Origin: Octopus vulgaris
Taxonomy: Eukaryota
Reading direction: 5' to 3'
Assembly: GCA_951406725.2 (NCBI GenBank)
Contig: OX597820.1
Location: 620,001-684,000 of the forward strand
Length of the DNA: 64,000 nt
Made by a program: the position numbers and the translations under genes. Positions 1-10,299 of the stretch are shown one piece after another. Numbering within the stretch: the stretch's first letter is position 1; each line of letters starts with the position of its first letter. Under the pieces are notes generated by a model, which saw only the letters and a program-made list of their open reading frames with translations, was not told the origin of the DNA and made no database searches.

Positions 1-36
1 CATTATGAAAACTTATCACTATTAATCCTTAAATTA

Positions 37-240
37 GGCGATAAGCTGGCAGAATCGTTAGCAGAGCGGGAGAAATGCTTTGCAGTACTTCGTCTGTCTT
101 TACGTTCTGAGTTCAAATTCCGCCGAGATTGACTTTGCTTTTCATCATTTCTGTATCGATAAAATAAGCGCAAGTTGAGCTCTGGGTCAATGCAATCAAC
201 TTAACCCCTACACCGAATCGGCTGGTCACGTACCAATGTC
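37..240 (+). mobile_element. SINE-like interspersed repeat (family A; related pieces at ~10861-10945 and ~25790-25995)
   Basis: The motif gttctgagttcaaattccgccgag...gactttgc(c/t)tttcatc recurs at ~25846-25890; ttgagttcaaattc recurs at ~10928. Confidence 0.7.
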
Positions 241-394
241 TGAAATATGTATTATTCCGTTTATTACGTCCTTTTATTTACACGATTTTTTCATTTCATA
301 TTCATTTCATTCATCGCTTACAATGCTCTCCCCCCCCCACAAACATACACACTCTCTCTCTCTAACACACACACACACACACAGATGGAATCAA

Positions 395-1200
395 ACACCA
401 CGACATGAAGGAAAAGAGAAAAAGAGAGCACTTTTGGCGAGTGAGCAAAATATTGGTTTGAAAGCTGGAAAACTGAAGTGGACAGAGAAGCTAAAGGAGA
501 TGGACAGGAAGTCAAGAAAGGTCCTAATAATGTATGGAGCCCATCATCCACGTGCAGACCTCGATCGCCGATACACGAAGAGAGCGAATGGAAGAAAAGA
601 ACTGATAAGTGTGGGAAACTGCGTGCGTTTCGAACTCGAAGGCTTAATGAGATACCGAACCCAAAGAAAGGAAACCTTGTTAGTGACAGTTAGGAATGAG
701 GGAGTATTGAAAGCAGGAAAAACGAAGGAAGAAACACAAAAAGAAATGAAGAAGAATAGCGCAAGAAGGGAGAACACAATGAATTTCCATATAACAAAAA
801 ATAGGTGGGATTGGCTGATGAAAGGAATTCTAAAGAAAGAGACTGAGAACACTATATTGGCAGCGCAAGAGTAAGCTTTGGCCACAAACTGGAGGGTCGA
901 CATTAGAATGAGCAAGTGTCCAGGAACTCCCACAATGCAAGCATCAAGGAACTCCTACAAAACCTCTGATAAAGAGAAATAATAATCAAAATAAAGAAAT
1001 TTGACAAAAACTAATAAGTTGCTGAAAATATGTGGAGCTCAACATCCGAAAGCAGATATCAACCGACTGTAATTAAGGAAAGATCAGACTGGGAGATGCT
1101 CAATAGCAGTAGAAGAATGTATAGAGATAGAAAAAAAAGCTTAGCCGAGTATTTACAATGTGGCACAGAAAACTACTAAAGACTGAATAAAAAGGCAGGT
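395..1200 (+). pseudogene. Degenerate R4/Dong-like non-LTR retrotransposon fragment (post-RT region), partly duplicated
   Basis: Translation gives MDRKSRKVLIMYGAHHPRADLDRRY...WDWLMKGILKKETENTILAAQE*AL. A second partial copy (CGAQHPKADINRL) lies at ~1030-1070. Confidence 0.7.
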
Positions 1201-1308
1201 AAAAGCAGACTTCTCTTGCTATAATTCTAATGAAAAGGCCTGCAAGTGTGAAAAGTGCAGAAACTGTGTCCAAAAAGCCTAAATTAAGCGACGCGAGAGA
1301 GAAAAGGC

Positions 1309-1585
1309 CCCAGTACTTATTCTTTGTAAGCCTAGTATTTATTCTATCGGTCTCTTTTGCCGAACCGCTAAGTTACAGGGTCGTAAACACACCAGCATCG
1401 GTTGTCAAGCGATGTTGGAGGGGGGGACAAAAACAGACACAAACATATACACACATACACACACATAGATATATATACATATACATATATACGACAGGTT
1501 TCTTTCAGTTTCCGTCTACCAAATCCACTCACAAGGTTTTGGTCGGTCCGAGGCTATAGTAGAAGACACTTGCCCAAGGTACCAC
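1309..1585 (-). mobile_element. SINE family B, partial copy in inverted orientation relative to 2925-3345
   Basis: Reverse complement matches ~2995-3260 (ttgtgagtggatttggtagacggaaactgaaagaa; gacaaccgatgctggtgtgtttacgaccctgtaacttag). Confidence 0.85.
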
Positions 1586-1879
1586 CCAGGTTCTTCCTGA
1601 AATTTCAATTGAAAGCGATTCTCCTTCCAAACGCTAATATCCCTCTACCTTGCACACATTGTATCCCTCGTACACAGGGTAATCAAATTAATAAAAACCG
1701 CTTTAGATATTTCTTTTGCGTTCTATTTTACTGTGCTTTTATTATTGTCATTTTCCTTGTAACTGTAGGCTTTTTGTTTCGAAACCCATAAAAATGGCCA
1801 TTGGATGGTTTTGTGTTGCTGGAAAGGAACACTCATATTCTAATACATATGTATGCAAGTGTGGGCATGGTTGCATGTA

Positions 1880-1950
<71 letters not shown>

Positions 1951-2096
1951 TTATATATAGAGGGCATTATATATACATGCCAGAAGGCATTATACATACA
2001 TGCCAAACGCTAAGAGGGACAATTAGTCATTTCTACCAAAAATATTACTAATCCCACCGAATGCAATTTTTCAAAGTAAGACATTTAAAAAATATA

Positions 2097-2142
2097 GACC
2101 TGTATCACAGTGATTTCATACTTACGTACTCATCAGCAGGCC
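2097..2142 (-). ncRNA. Type I hammerhead ribozyme, canonical core
   Basis: Minus strand reads GGCCTG-CTGATGA-GTAC(GTAA)GTAT-GAAA-TCACTGTGA-TA-CAGGTC. Stems I, II and III and the UH cleavage site are all present. Confidence 0.9.
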
Positions 2143-2578
2143 TGAATGCATTATAAATAAACAACGACCCTGCCCCGCTTAAGTCGATCAGCTAACTGTT
2201 CAACATCAACGAAGCACATGGGTGAGTTTACATATATTACATCCGGTCAAATGGCAAACTTTTACGAATTGCATTTCGGGAGAGGAAAAGTTTTTTCGGA
2301 ATAAAAATTTAGCAATTAAGGACAACTACTTAATAAGGAAAACTTAACAAGAAATTGTCAGGTAGATAGCGTAAAAACCTCATAAGAGAAAAAATTTCGA
2401 AAATAATTATTTCTTATTGAACATATTAATTTATATATAGAGGGCATTATATATACATGCCAGAAGGCATTATACATACATATGCCAAACGCTAAGAGGG
2501 ACAATTAGTCATTTCTACCAAAAATATTACTAATCCCACCGAATGCAATTTTTCAAAGTAAGACATTTAAAAGATATA

Positions 2579-2624
2579 GACCTGTATCACAGTGATTTCA
2601 TACTTACGTACTCATCAGCAGGCC
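2579..2624 (-). ncRNA. Type I hammerhead ribozyme, second identical copy
   Basis: Same sequence as 2097-2142, offset by 482 bp. Confidence 0.9.
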
Positions 2625-2819
2625 TGAATGCATTATAAATAAACAACGACCCTGCCCCGCTTAAGTCGATCAGCTAACTGTTCAACATCAACGAAGCACA
2701 TGGGTGAGTTTACATATATTACATCCGGTCAAATGGCAAACTTTTACGAATTGCATTTCGGGAGAGGAAAAGTTTTTTCGGAATAAAAATTTAGCAATTA
2801 AGGACAACTATATATATAG

Positions 2820-2921
<102 letters not shown>

Positions 2922-2924
2922 GTA

Positions 2925-3345
2925 GTAGTGGGTGTGTGGTAAGTAGATTGCTTACGAACCATATGGTCCCGGGTTCAGTCCCACTGCGTGGTAACTTGGG
3001 GAAGTGTCTTCTGCTATAACCTCAGGCCGACCAAAGCCTTGTGAGTGGATTTGGTAGACGGAAACTGAAAGAAGCCTGTCGTATATATGTATATGTATAT
3101 ATATCTATGTGTGTGTATATGTGTATATGTTTGTGTCTTTTTTATCCCCCCCTCCAACATCGCTTGACAACCGATGCTGGTGTGTTTACGACCCTGTAAC
3201 TTAGCAGTTCGGCAAAAGAGACCGTTAGAATAAATACTAGGCTTACAAAGAATAAGTACTGAGGTCGACTTGCTCGACTAAAAGGTGGTGCTCCAGCATG
3301 GCCACAGTCAAATGACTGAAACAAATAAAAGAGTAAAAAGAGTAA
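2925..3345 (+). mobile_element. tRNA-headed SINE family B with internal (TA/TG)n
   Basis: A-box-like tgtggtaag and B-box-like gggttcagtccc; aaagagt-type tail. Related copies at 1309, ~26370, ~45630, ~56265 and ~62390. Confidence 0.8.
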
Positions 3346-3785
3346 AGAGTATATATGAATCTTTAGTCAAATATATTCAATGAGAATATTATTTACTGAA
3401 TATATATTGAGTGCTCTATTGTATCAAAGTATTAATATTATTAAGGTATTTATATATTTAATGCGAGCGATTATATATATTTTTAAATAATATGTTATTA
3501 TTAATATTAAGAATTCAATATCAGAAAACTTCACAGAAAGATATACACGTGTGAAAAAAAATGGTTGTATTAAAAATATATAAATAAATAAATATAAATA
3601 TTTATAAAAATGTATGTATATATATGTATTCGTATAAATATATAATGTATATGACAGTTTATAAGTTTTGAATTAAATATTTAAACGTTTTTACGATCGT
3701 TTCACAGAAGTGCTGTGCCTATAATGAAATCCTATATTGGATATATGTACGTGCACATAGATGCAAATAAATGTTTCTACATGCA

Positions 3786-3856
<71 letters not shown>

Positions 3857-3905
3857 AAACAAGTCAAAAATAGAAAATGCTAAAATAATTTTATAGTGAA
3901 CATTT

Positions 3906-3943
3906 CAGTACCGGTTTCGGTCATTTTGAGACCTTTTCAACTG
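3906..3943 (-). ncRNA. Minimal hammerhead variant (U3:A8 core) in the inverted PLE copy
   Basis: Reverse complement of 9881-9918. Confidence 0.65.
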
Positions 3944-4669
3944 TAACGATTAAATAATTAAATTTAGAAAAAATTAGAAGAAAAGTTTTTTTAAAAGAAT
4001 ATTTCTATAGTAGTGTTCAGATTTAAGTGGCATTCTGCCTTTCTCTGACTCCCTTGTTTGCACTTGTGTGTCGGAGGTCGTTGTGAGTTCTTGGAAGGGT
4101 AGTAGAGGAAGAAGGCTGGTGGGGAAAGGGGGATGGGAGAATCTGGGAGTGCCCTGATGGTCGTATTTTGAATGGTCAGTGGCGGCTGGCAGTCTCAGAG
4201 AATATTTATATTGACAGGCTTGTTTATAGAATTAGCGTAGGTGTTATACTAAAAAACATTAGTGACAAAGTTAAGGGGTAGGGGTGGAGAAGTAGAAGAA
4301 GAAGAAGAAGAAGAAGAAGAAGAAGAAGAAGAAGAAGGAGAAGGAGAAGATGACGATGATGGTGGTGGTGGTGATGGTTATGACGACGATGATGATGATA
4401 ATGATGATGATGAAGAAGAAGAAGAAGAAGAAGGAGGAGAAGGAGAAGATGGTGGTGATGATGGTGGTGATGATGATGACGACGATGATGATGATAATGA
4501 TGATGATGAAGAAGAAGAGGAAGAAGAAGAAGAAGAAAAAGACAGAGAAGGGGGAATATGAATGGGTGTAAGTATAGCTATGAAGGGGCTGATTAGTAAT
4601 GGATTCTATGGAGTGTAATATTTGTGTGTGTATATATATTTTTTTCTTTTATTCTAAAGTTGAGGTATA

Positions 4670-6457
4670 TTAATTGTTTGTCGTAGACCCGTTTAGAAGT
4701 GGCTTGTATTTTGTAATAAAGAGATTTTCTTTACTTATTCGTTGTCTCGAGGTTGTATCGTCCCTAAATTGGTAGAGGGGGAAAATTCTGAAGTTTGGTG
4801 TTTTTTTGTTGGCGCAAGAATCTATGTGTTGGCTAAAAGCTATTTTTCTGTTTTGGGGAATTTTTATCTGGGATCTGTGCAGGGCCATTCGTTTACGCAA
4901 ACCATTTTTTGTTTGGCCTATGTACTGCTCTTGACACCCGGAGCAGGTTAGTGAGTATATTAGGTTCTCCGAAGCACATGTGAAGTTGCTTTTTACTGTA
5001 AACCGTTGTCCCTGCTTGAAGGAGAACTCTGATCCCTCAATTAGATAGTCGCATATCCCGCAATTGGGTCTTCCACATTTTTTTACTGTCGGCTTCTGTG
5101 TTGAGGAGTTAATTCGGGCTTGTGTAAGGAGACTTTTCATGGATCTAGGCTGTCTTTTGCTTTTTATGATCGTGTGTGTTTGGAGGATTGTGTTCATTCT
5201 GTGGTCTTTTTTTAGGAGGGGTATGTTGTGGAGGATGGTGTCGAAGGCTTCGTTATTGAGAGGGTTGTGTGTGGAGATGTATGGTAAGGCTTTTGGTTGT
5301 AAGTTTTTCTTTGATTTGGGATGTCTCAGTTCCTTGATGTTAAGTTGAAGGGCACGTTGAATGCACTTGTCAATAAGTGACGGTGGATAGTTCCTGGTGA
5401 TTAGGGTATCTTTTAGTTCTTGTAGTCGTGTGTCTCTGGTGTTTGCGTTAGAGACTATAGTGCATATCCTTTTTGCTAGATTGAAGGGGATATTCATCCT
5501 GGTGTGTCTGGGGTGGCATGAATTGAATGGAAGATATTGCTTAGAGTCTGTAGGCTTATAGTATATGTCTGTTTCTATTATATTATTAGCTTTCTTAATG
5601 AGGATATCGAGGAAGGGGAGTTGTTGTTGGCTATATTCCATCGTGAATTGGATGTTTACGTCCAGTCCGTTTAAAATTTTCTGGAATTCTATGAGTTTTT
5701 CTATATTTTTATGCCAAAGGATGAAACAGTCATCTAGATATCTCTTCCAGTTGTTTTCTATGTAGATGGAGAAAGGGCTGCCATATCTTTCTAGAACCTT
5801 ACGATACAGACTGATCTCTAGGTATCCTATGACTAGGTTGGCAAAGGAGGGGGCCGTTCGTGTACCCATCGCAGTCCCCGATTTTTGTCGGTAGAAGTTG
5901 TCATTGAAGGCGAAGAAGTTATTTTCCAGGATGAATTTGACCCCTTCTATCACAAATTCTTTTTTGATGCGGTGTGGTAGTTCGTTGGCGTGATTCTCTA
6001 GCCAGAATTGGATTGCCTCTAGTCCTAGGTTGTGGGGGATATTGGAGTAGAGGTTGACTACATCGAAGGATACCAGTATGGTGTTTTTGTTTATAGTATT
6101 CGGTAGGTGATTGAGCATATCTAAGTCGTCCCTTATATAGCTTTTGACATGTTTGAGGAGTGGTTTTAACAGGGTGTCTAAAAAGTTACTGAGGCGGTGG
6201 GTTTCGCATGCGGGACCTGCTATTATGGGTCTCAATTTGAGGTCATTAGGATTAGGGACTTTAATTATTTTGTCTGTAGCTATCTTGCATGCGTTGCTTA
6301 TTTTTTCACTTTTGTGGATCTTAGGTATACCGTAGAATTGGCTAGTTTTACTTGTGAAATTGGTCATATAATCATATTCTTTGTCGGTGAGCCCTGCTTT
6401 GTATGGGTTTAATATGGATTTTAGTTCCCTCATTATTTTTTGTTGACTGTAGTTTTG
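4670..6457 (-). CDS. 5'-truncated inverted copy of the PLE RT/GIY-YIG ORF (587 aa from an internal Met)
   Basis: Motifs SFDVVNLYSNI, GTAMG, RYLDD, CGRPNCGIC and NLIY...YIGQT. Five amino acids differ from the plus-strand copy. Confidence 0.9.
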   Translation of the reverse strand, partial: QNYSQQKIMRELKSILNPYKAGLTDKEYDYMTNFTSKTSQFYGIPKIHKSEKISNACKIATDKIIKVPNPNDLKLRPIIAGPACETHRLSNFLDTLLKPLLKHVKSYIRDDLDMLNHLPNTINKNTILVSFDVVNLYSNIPHNLGLEAIQFWLENHANELPHRIKKEFVIEGVKFILENNFFAFNDNFYRQKSGTAMGTRTAPSFANLVIGYLEISLYRKVLERYGSPFSIYIENNWKRYLDDCFILWHKNIEKLIEFQKILNGLDVNIQFTMEYSQQQLPFLDILIKKANNIIETDIYYKPTDSKQYLPFNSCHPRHTRMNIPFNLAKRICTIVSNANTRDTRLQELKDTLITRNYPPSLIDKCIQRALQLNIKELRHPKSKKNLQPKALPYISTHNPLNNEAFDTILHNIPLLKKDHRMNTILQTHTIIKSKRQPRSMKSLLTQARINSSTQKPTVKKCGRPNCGICDYLIEGSEFSFKQGQRFTVKSNFTCASENLIYSLTCSGCQEQYIGQTKNGLRKRMALHRSQIKIPQNRKIAFSQHIDSCANKKTPNFRIFPLYQFRDDTTSRQRISKENLFITKYKPLLNGSTTNN

Positions 6458-6480
6458 GAGCAGTATTGAGGGGACCTAAC

Positions 6481-6867
6481 CCTAACTCTGTAAGCAGCCA
6501 GCGATACAATATCAGGAATACCGCCACTTCAAGCAGAGAAAGGATAAATCAACACCCATAGCATAGACACTGCAACCTCATCCCCACCCAAAGGAGTTAC
6601 CAACGAAATCTTCGTCCCATTAACCGGTTAAACAACCATGCACAACAAACCCACACCACTTGCAATGATTACCAACGAAGGCCTCCTAGAACACCACACC
6701 CGAATATGGGATATCGGGATGCTCTCCTCAATACTGCTCCAAGAACACACACCATAAATCACAACAGGAGACCCCTAATCAACAAAGAACAACTATATAA
6801 TAGCTACCGTCCCAACCACCGCATTCATTTTTTAGACCCAATACGCAAACACGGAGACACAAGATAG
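6481..6867 (+). CDS. 5'-truncated upstream ORF of the PLE (R/N/P/H-rich), overlapping the RT ORF, which lies in its -1 frame; one internal TAG at 6559-6561
   Basis: By manual translation this frame is open from 6481 to TAG 6865-6867 except for one stop, and includes CAT TTT TTA at 6826-6834. Confidence 0.5.
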
Positions 6868-9158
6868 CACCAAACAAGCAGGAGGAATCAAAAGTAATAA
6901 AAATTATTAATCTAACTCACAAGGAACTAACAGCAAACCAAATAAACATACTTTCCAAAGGACTCAAGTTTACACCCACCCCACAACACCCCAACTACAA
7001 TGAAATGAAAGAAGACATCGCAGAATTCTGCAGAAAATTAAGACTTACTGAGGAGCTATACGATAAATACAACGAGGACGAATCGTTAGCCAGAAATAGG
7101 AGTAACTACACCCCCTCGAAAGGTAAGAATAAAACACTTGATGATTTCTGTGACCACATATCAAATTACCCATATCAACATATGCACAAACAAAAACACA
7201 AACCAAACTTCAGCAAAAAAGAATGGACTGAGTTGAACAAATTAAAACTAGATAAAACAATAACAATCAAAGAGGCCGATAAAGGGAGTGCTGTTGTCTT
7301 AATGGATACGACATTTTACATAACTTTGGTACTTTCTATGCTGGAAGACACGACATACTATGAAAAGGCACAAAACTACAGTCAACAAAAAATAATGAGG
7401 GAACTAAAATCCATATTAAACCCATACAAAGCAGGGCTCACCGACAAAGAATATGATTATATGACCAATTTCACAAGTAAAACTAGCCAATTCTACGGTA
7501 TACCTAAGATCCACAAAAGTGAAAAAATAAGCAACGCATGCAAGATAGCTACAGACAAAATAATTAAAGTCCCTAATCCTAATGACCTCAAATTGAGACC
7601 CATAATAGCAGGTCCCGCATGCGAAACCCACCGCCTCAGTAAATTTTTAGACACCCTGTTAAAACCACTCCTCAAACATGTCAAAAGCTATATAAGGGAC
7701 GACTTAGATATGCTCAATCACCTACCGAATACTATAAACAAAAACACCATACTGGTATTCTTCGATGTAGTCAACCTCTACTCCAATATCCCCCACAACC
7801 TAGGACTAGAGGCAATCCAATTCTGGCTAGAGAATCACGCCAACGAACTACCACACCGCATCAAAAAAGAATTTGTGATAGAAGGGGTCAAATTCATCCT
7901 GGAAAATAACTTCTTCGCCTTCAATGACAACTTCTACCGACAAAAATCGGGGACTGCGATGGGTACACGAATGGCCCCCTCCTTTGCCAACCTAGTCATA
8001 GGATACCTAGAGATCAGTCTGTATCGTAAGGTTCTAGAAAGATATGGCAGCCCTTTCTCCATCTACATAGAAAACAACTGGAAGAGATATCTAGATGACT
8101 GTTTCATCCTTTGGCATAAAAATATAGAAAAACTCATAGAATTCCAGAAAATTTTAAACGGACTGGACGTAAACATCCAATTCACGATGGAATATAGCCA
8201 ACAACAACTCCCCTTCCTCGATATCCTCATTAAGAAAGCTAATAATATAATAGAAACAGACATATACTATAAGCCTACAGACTCTAAGCAATATCTTCCA
8301 TTCAATTCATGCCACCCCAGACACACCAGGATGAATATCCCCTTCAATCTAGCAAAAAGGATATGCACTATAGTCTCTAACGCAAACACCAGAGACACAC
8401 GACTACAAGAACTAAAAGATACCCTAATCACCAGGAACTATCCACCGTCACTTATTGACAAGTGCATTCAACGTGCCCTTCAACTTAACATCAAGGAACT
8501 GAGACATCCCAAATCAAAGAAAAACTTACAACCAAAAGCCTTACCATACATCTCCACACACAACCCTCTCAATAACGAAGCCTTCGACACCATCCTCCAC
8601 AACATACCCCTCCTAAAAAAAGACCACAGAATGAACACAATCCTCCAAACACACACGATCATAAAAAGCAAAAGACAGCCTAGATCCATGAAAAGTCTCC
8701 TTACACAAGCCCGAATTCACTCCTCAACACAGAAGCCGACAGTAAAAAAATGTGGAAGACCCAATTGCGGGATATGCGACTATCTAATTGAGGGATCAGA
8801 GTTCTCCTTCAAGCAGGGACAACGGTTTACAGTAAAAAGCAACTTCACATGTGCTTCGGAGAACCTAATATACTCACTAACCTGCTCCGGGTGTCAAGAG
8901 CAGTACATAGGCCAAACAAAAAATGGTTTGCGTAAACGAATGGCCCTGCACAGATCCCAGATAAAAATTCCCCAAAACAGAAAAATAGCTTTTAGCCAAC
9001 ACATAGATACTTGCGCCAACAAAAAAACACCAAACTTCAGAATTTTCCCCCTCTACCAATTTAGGGACGATACAACCTCGAGACAACGAATAAGTAAAGA
9101 AAATCTCTTTATTACAAAATACAAGCCACTTCTAAACGGGTCTACGACAAACAATTAA
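6804..9158 (+). CDS. PLE reverse transcriptase + GIY-YIG endonuclease; frame open from 6804, first ATG at 7005
   Basis: The sequence upstream of the ATG encodes the conserved PLE motif IINLT...LSKGLKFTPTP. Downstream are ADKG, RPIIAGP, GTAMG, RYLDD, a CxxxxCxxC linker and NLIY...CSGC..YIGQT...R...H...H. Confidence 0.95.
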   Translation, partial: LPSQPPHSFFRPNTQTRRHKIAPNKQEESKVIKIINLTHKELTANQINILSKGLKFTPTPQHPNYNEMKEDIAEFCRKLRLTEELYDKYNEDESLARNRSNYTPSKGKNKTLDDFCDHISNYPYQHMHKQKHKPNFSKKEWTELNKLKLDKTITIKEADKGSAVVLMDTTFYITLVLSMLEDTTYYEKAQNYSQQKIMRELKSILNPYKAGLTDKEYDYMTNFTSKTSQFYGIPKIHKSEKISNACKIATDKIIKVPNPNDLKLRPIIAGPACETHRLSKFLDTLLKPLLKHVKSYIRDDLDMLNHLPNTINKNTILVFFDVVNLYSNIPHNLGLEAIQFWLENHANELPHRIKKEFVIEGVKFILENNFFAFNDNFYRQKSGTAMGTRMAPSFANLVIGYLEISLYRKVLERYGSPFSIYIENNWKRYLDDCFILWHKNIEKLIEFQKILNGLDVNIQFTMEYSQQQLPFLDILIKKANNIIETDIYYKPTDSKQYLPFNSCHPRHTRMNIPFNLAKRICTIVSNANTRDTRLQELKDTLITRNYPPSLIDKCIQRALQLNIKELRHPKSKKNLQPKALPYISTHNPLNNEAFDTILHNIPLLKKDHRMNTILQTHTIIKSKRQPRSMKSLLTQARIHSSTQKPTVKKCGRPNCGICDYLIEGSEFSFKQGQRFTVKSNFTCASENLIYSLTCSGCQEQYIGQTKNGLRKRMALHRSQIKIPQNRKIAFSQHIDTCANKKTPNFRIFPLYQFRDDTTSRQRISKENLFITKYKPLLNGSTTNN

Positions 9159-9284
9159 TATACCTCAACTTTAGAATAAAAGAAAAAAATATATATACAC
9201 ACACAAATATTACACTCCATAGAATCCATTACTAATCAGCCCCTTCATAGCTATACTTACACCCATTCATATTCCCCCTTCTCT

Positions 9285-9535
9285 GTCTTTTTCTTCTTCT
9301 TCTTCTTCCTCTTCTTCTTCATCATCATCATTATCATCATCATCGTCGTCATCATCATCACCACCATCATCACCACCATCTTCTCCTTCTCCTCCTTCTT
9401 CTTCTTCTTCTTCTTCATCATCATCATTATCATCATCATCGTCGTCATAACCATCACCACCACCACCATCATCGTCATCTTCTCCTTCTTCTTCTTCTTC
9501 TTCTTCTTCTTCTTCTTCTTCTTCTTCTTCTACTT
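9285..9535. repeat. Compound (TCT)n/(TCA)n/(CCA)n microsatellite inside the PLE 3' UTR (mirrored at ~4290-4540)
   Basis: Seen directly; present in both arms of the fold-back. Confidence 0.9.
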
Positions 9536-9880
9536 CTCCACCCCTACCCCTTAACTTTGTCACTAATGTTTTTTAGTATAACACCTACGCTAATTCTATA
9601 AACAAGCCTGTCAATATAAATATTCTCTGAGACTGCCAGCCGCCACTGACCATTCAAAATACGACCATCAGGGCACTCCCAGATTCTCCCATCCCCCTTT
9701 CCCCACCAGCCTTCTTCCTCTACTACCCTTCCAAGAACTCACAACGACCTCCGACACACAAGTGCAAACAAGGGAGTCAGAGAAAGGCAGAATGCCACTT
9801 AAATCTGAACACTACTATAGAAATATTCTTTTAAAAAAACTTTTCTTCTAATTTTTCTAAATTTAATTATTTAATCGTTA

Positions 9881-9918
9881 CAGTTGAAAAGGTCTCAAAA
9901 TGACCGAAACCGGTACTG
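9881..9918 (+). ncRNA. Minimal type I hammerhead variant in the PLE 3' end
   Basis: CAG-TTGAAAA-GGTC(TCAAAAT)GACC-GAAA-CCGG-TA-CTG. U3/A8 replaces C3/G8; stem III is palindromic (ACCGGT); stem I is only 3 bp. Confidence 0.65.
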
Positions 9919-10254
9919 AAATGTTCACTATAAAATTATTTTAGCATTTTCTATTTTTGACTTGTTTTTTCATATATATCAACTCGTGTGTTCCTTTTCA
10001 CCCCTATATATATATATATATATATATATATGTTTACTTATGTATGTACATATGAATATAAACTTATATATATGTTACGTATGTAAATGTGGACTGATTT
10101 GCATATATATATATATATGTATAAATACATATATATATATACACACACACATCTATATATATAAGTACATGGAACTGTGTATGTGTACAAACATGTATTT
10201 ATATATGTGTTTATACATGTGGATGCAGATGTATTAATGTAAGTGTGTATATTC

Positions 10255-10299
<45 letters not shown>

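Larger units (their letters stand above)
1948..2810 (-). mobile_element. Non-coding partial tandem repeat (unit ~480-482 bp, ~1.8 copies) with two hammerheads; PLE pseudo-LTR or retrozyme-like; flanked by (TA)n
   Basis: 1948-2328 is almost identical to 2428-2810. (TA)n tracts lie at ~1887-1947 and ~2810-2918. Confidence 0.85.
3851..9973. mobile_element. Penelope-like element (Naiad/Neptune type) with an inverted 5'-truncated copy; 6.1-kb fold-back in (TA)n
   Basis: 3851-6457 is the near-identical reverse complement of 7371-9973, with a 913-bp spacer. RT+GIY-YIG ORFs are present on both strands. Confidence 0.95.

Noticed and set aside
4262-4571. Acidic E/D-rich and poly-M/K ORFs (mirrored at 9257-9563)
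   Set aside because: These are translations of a trinucleotide microsatellite in the PLE 3' UTR, antisense to the element.
6804-9158. Selenoprotein-type PLE (UGA at Cys positions, reported for some Naiads)
   Set aside because: The frame has no internal TGA, and the linker and endonuclease cysteines are encoded normally.
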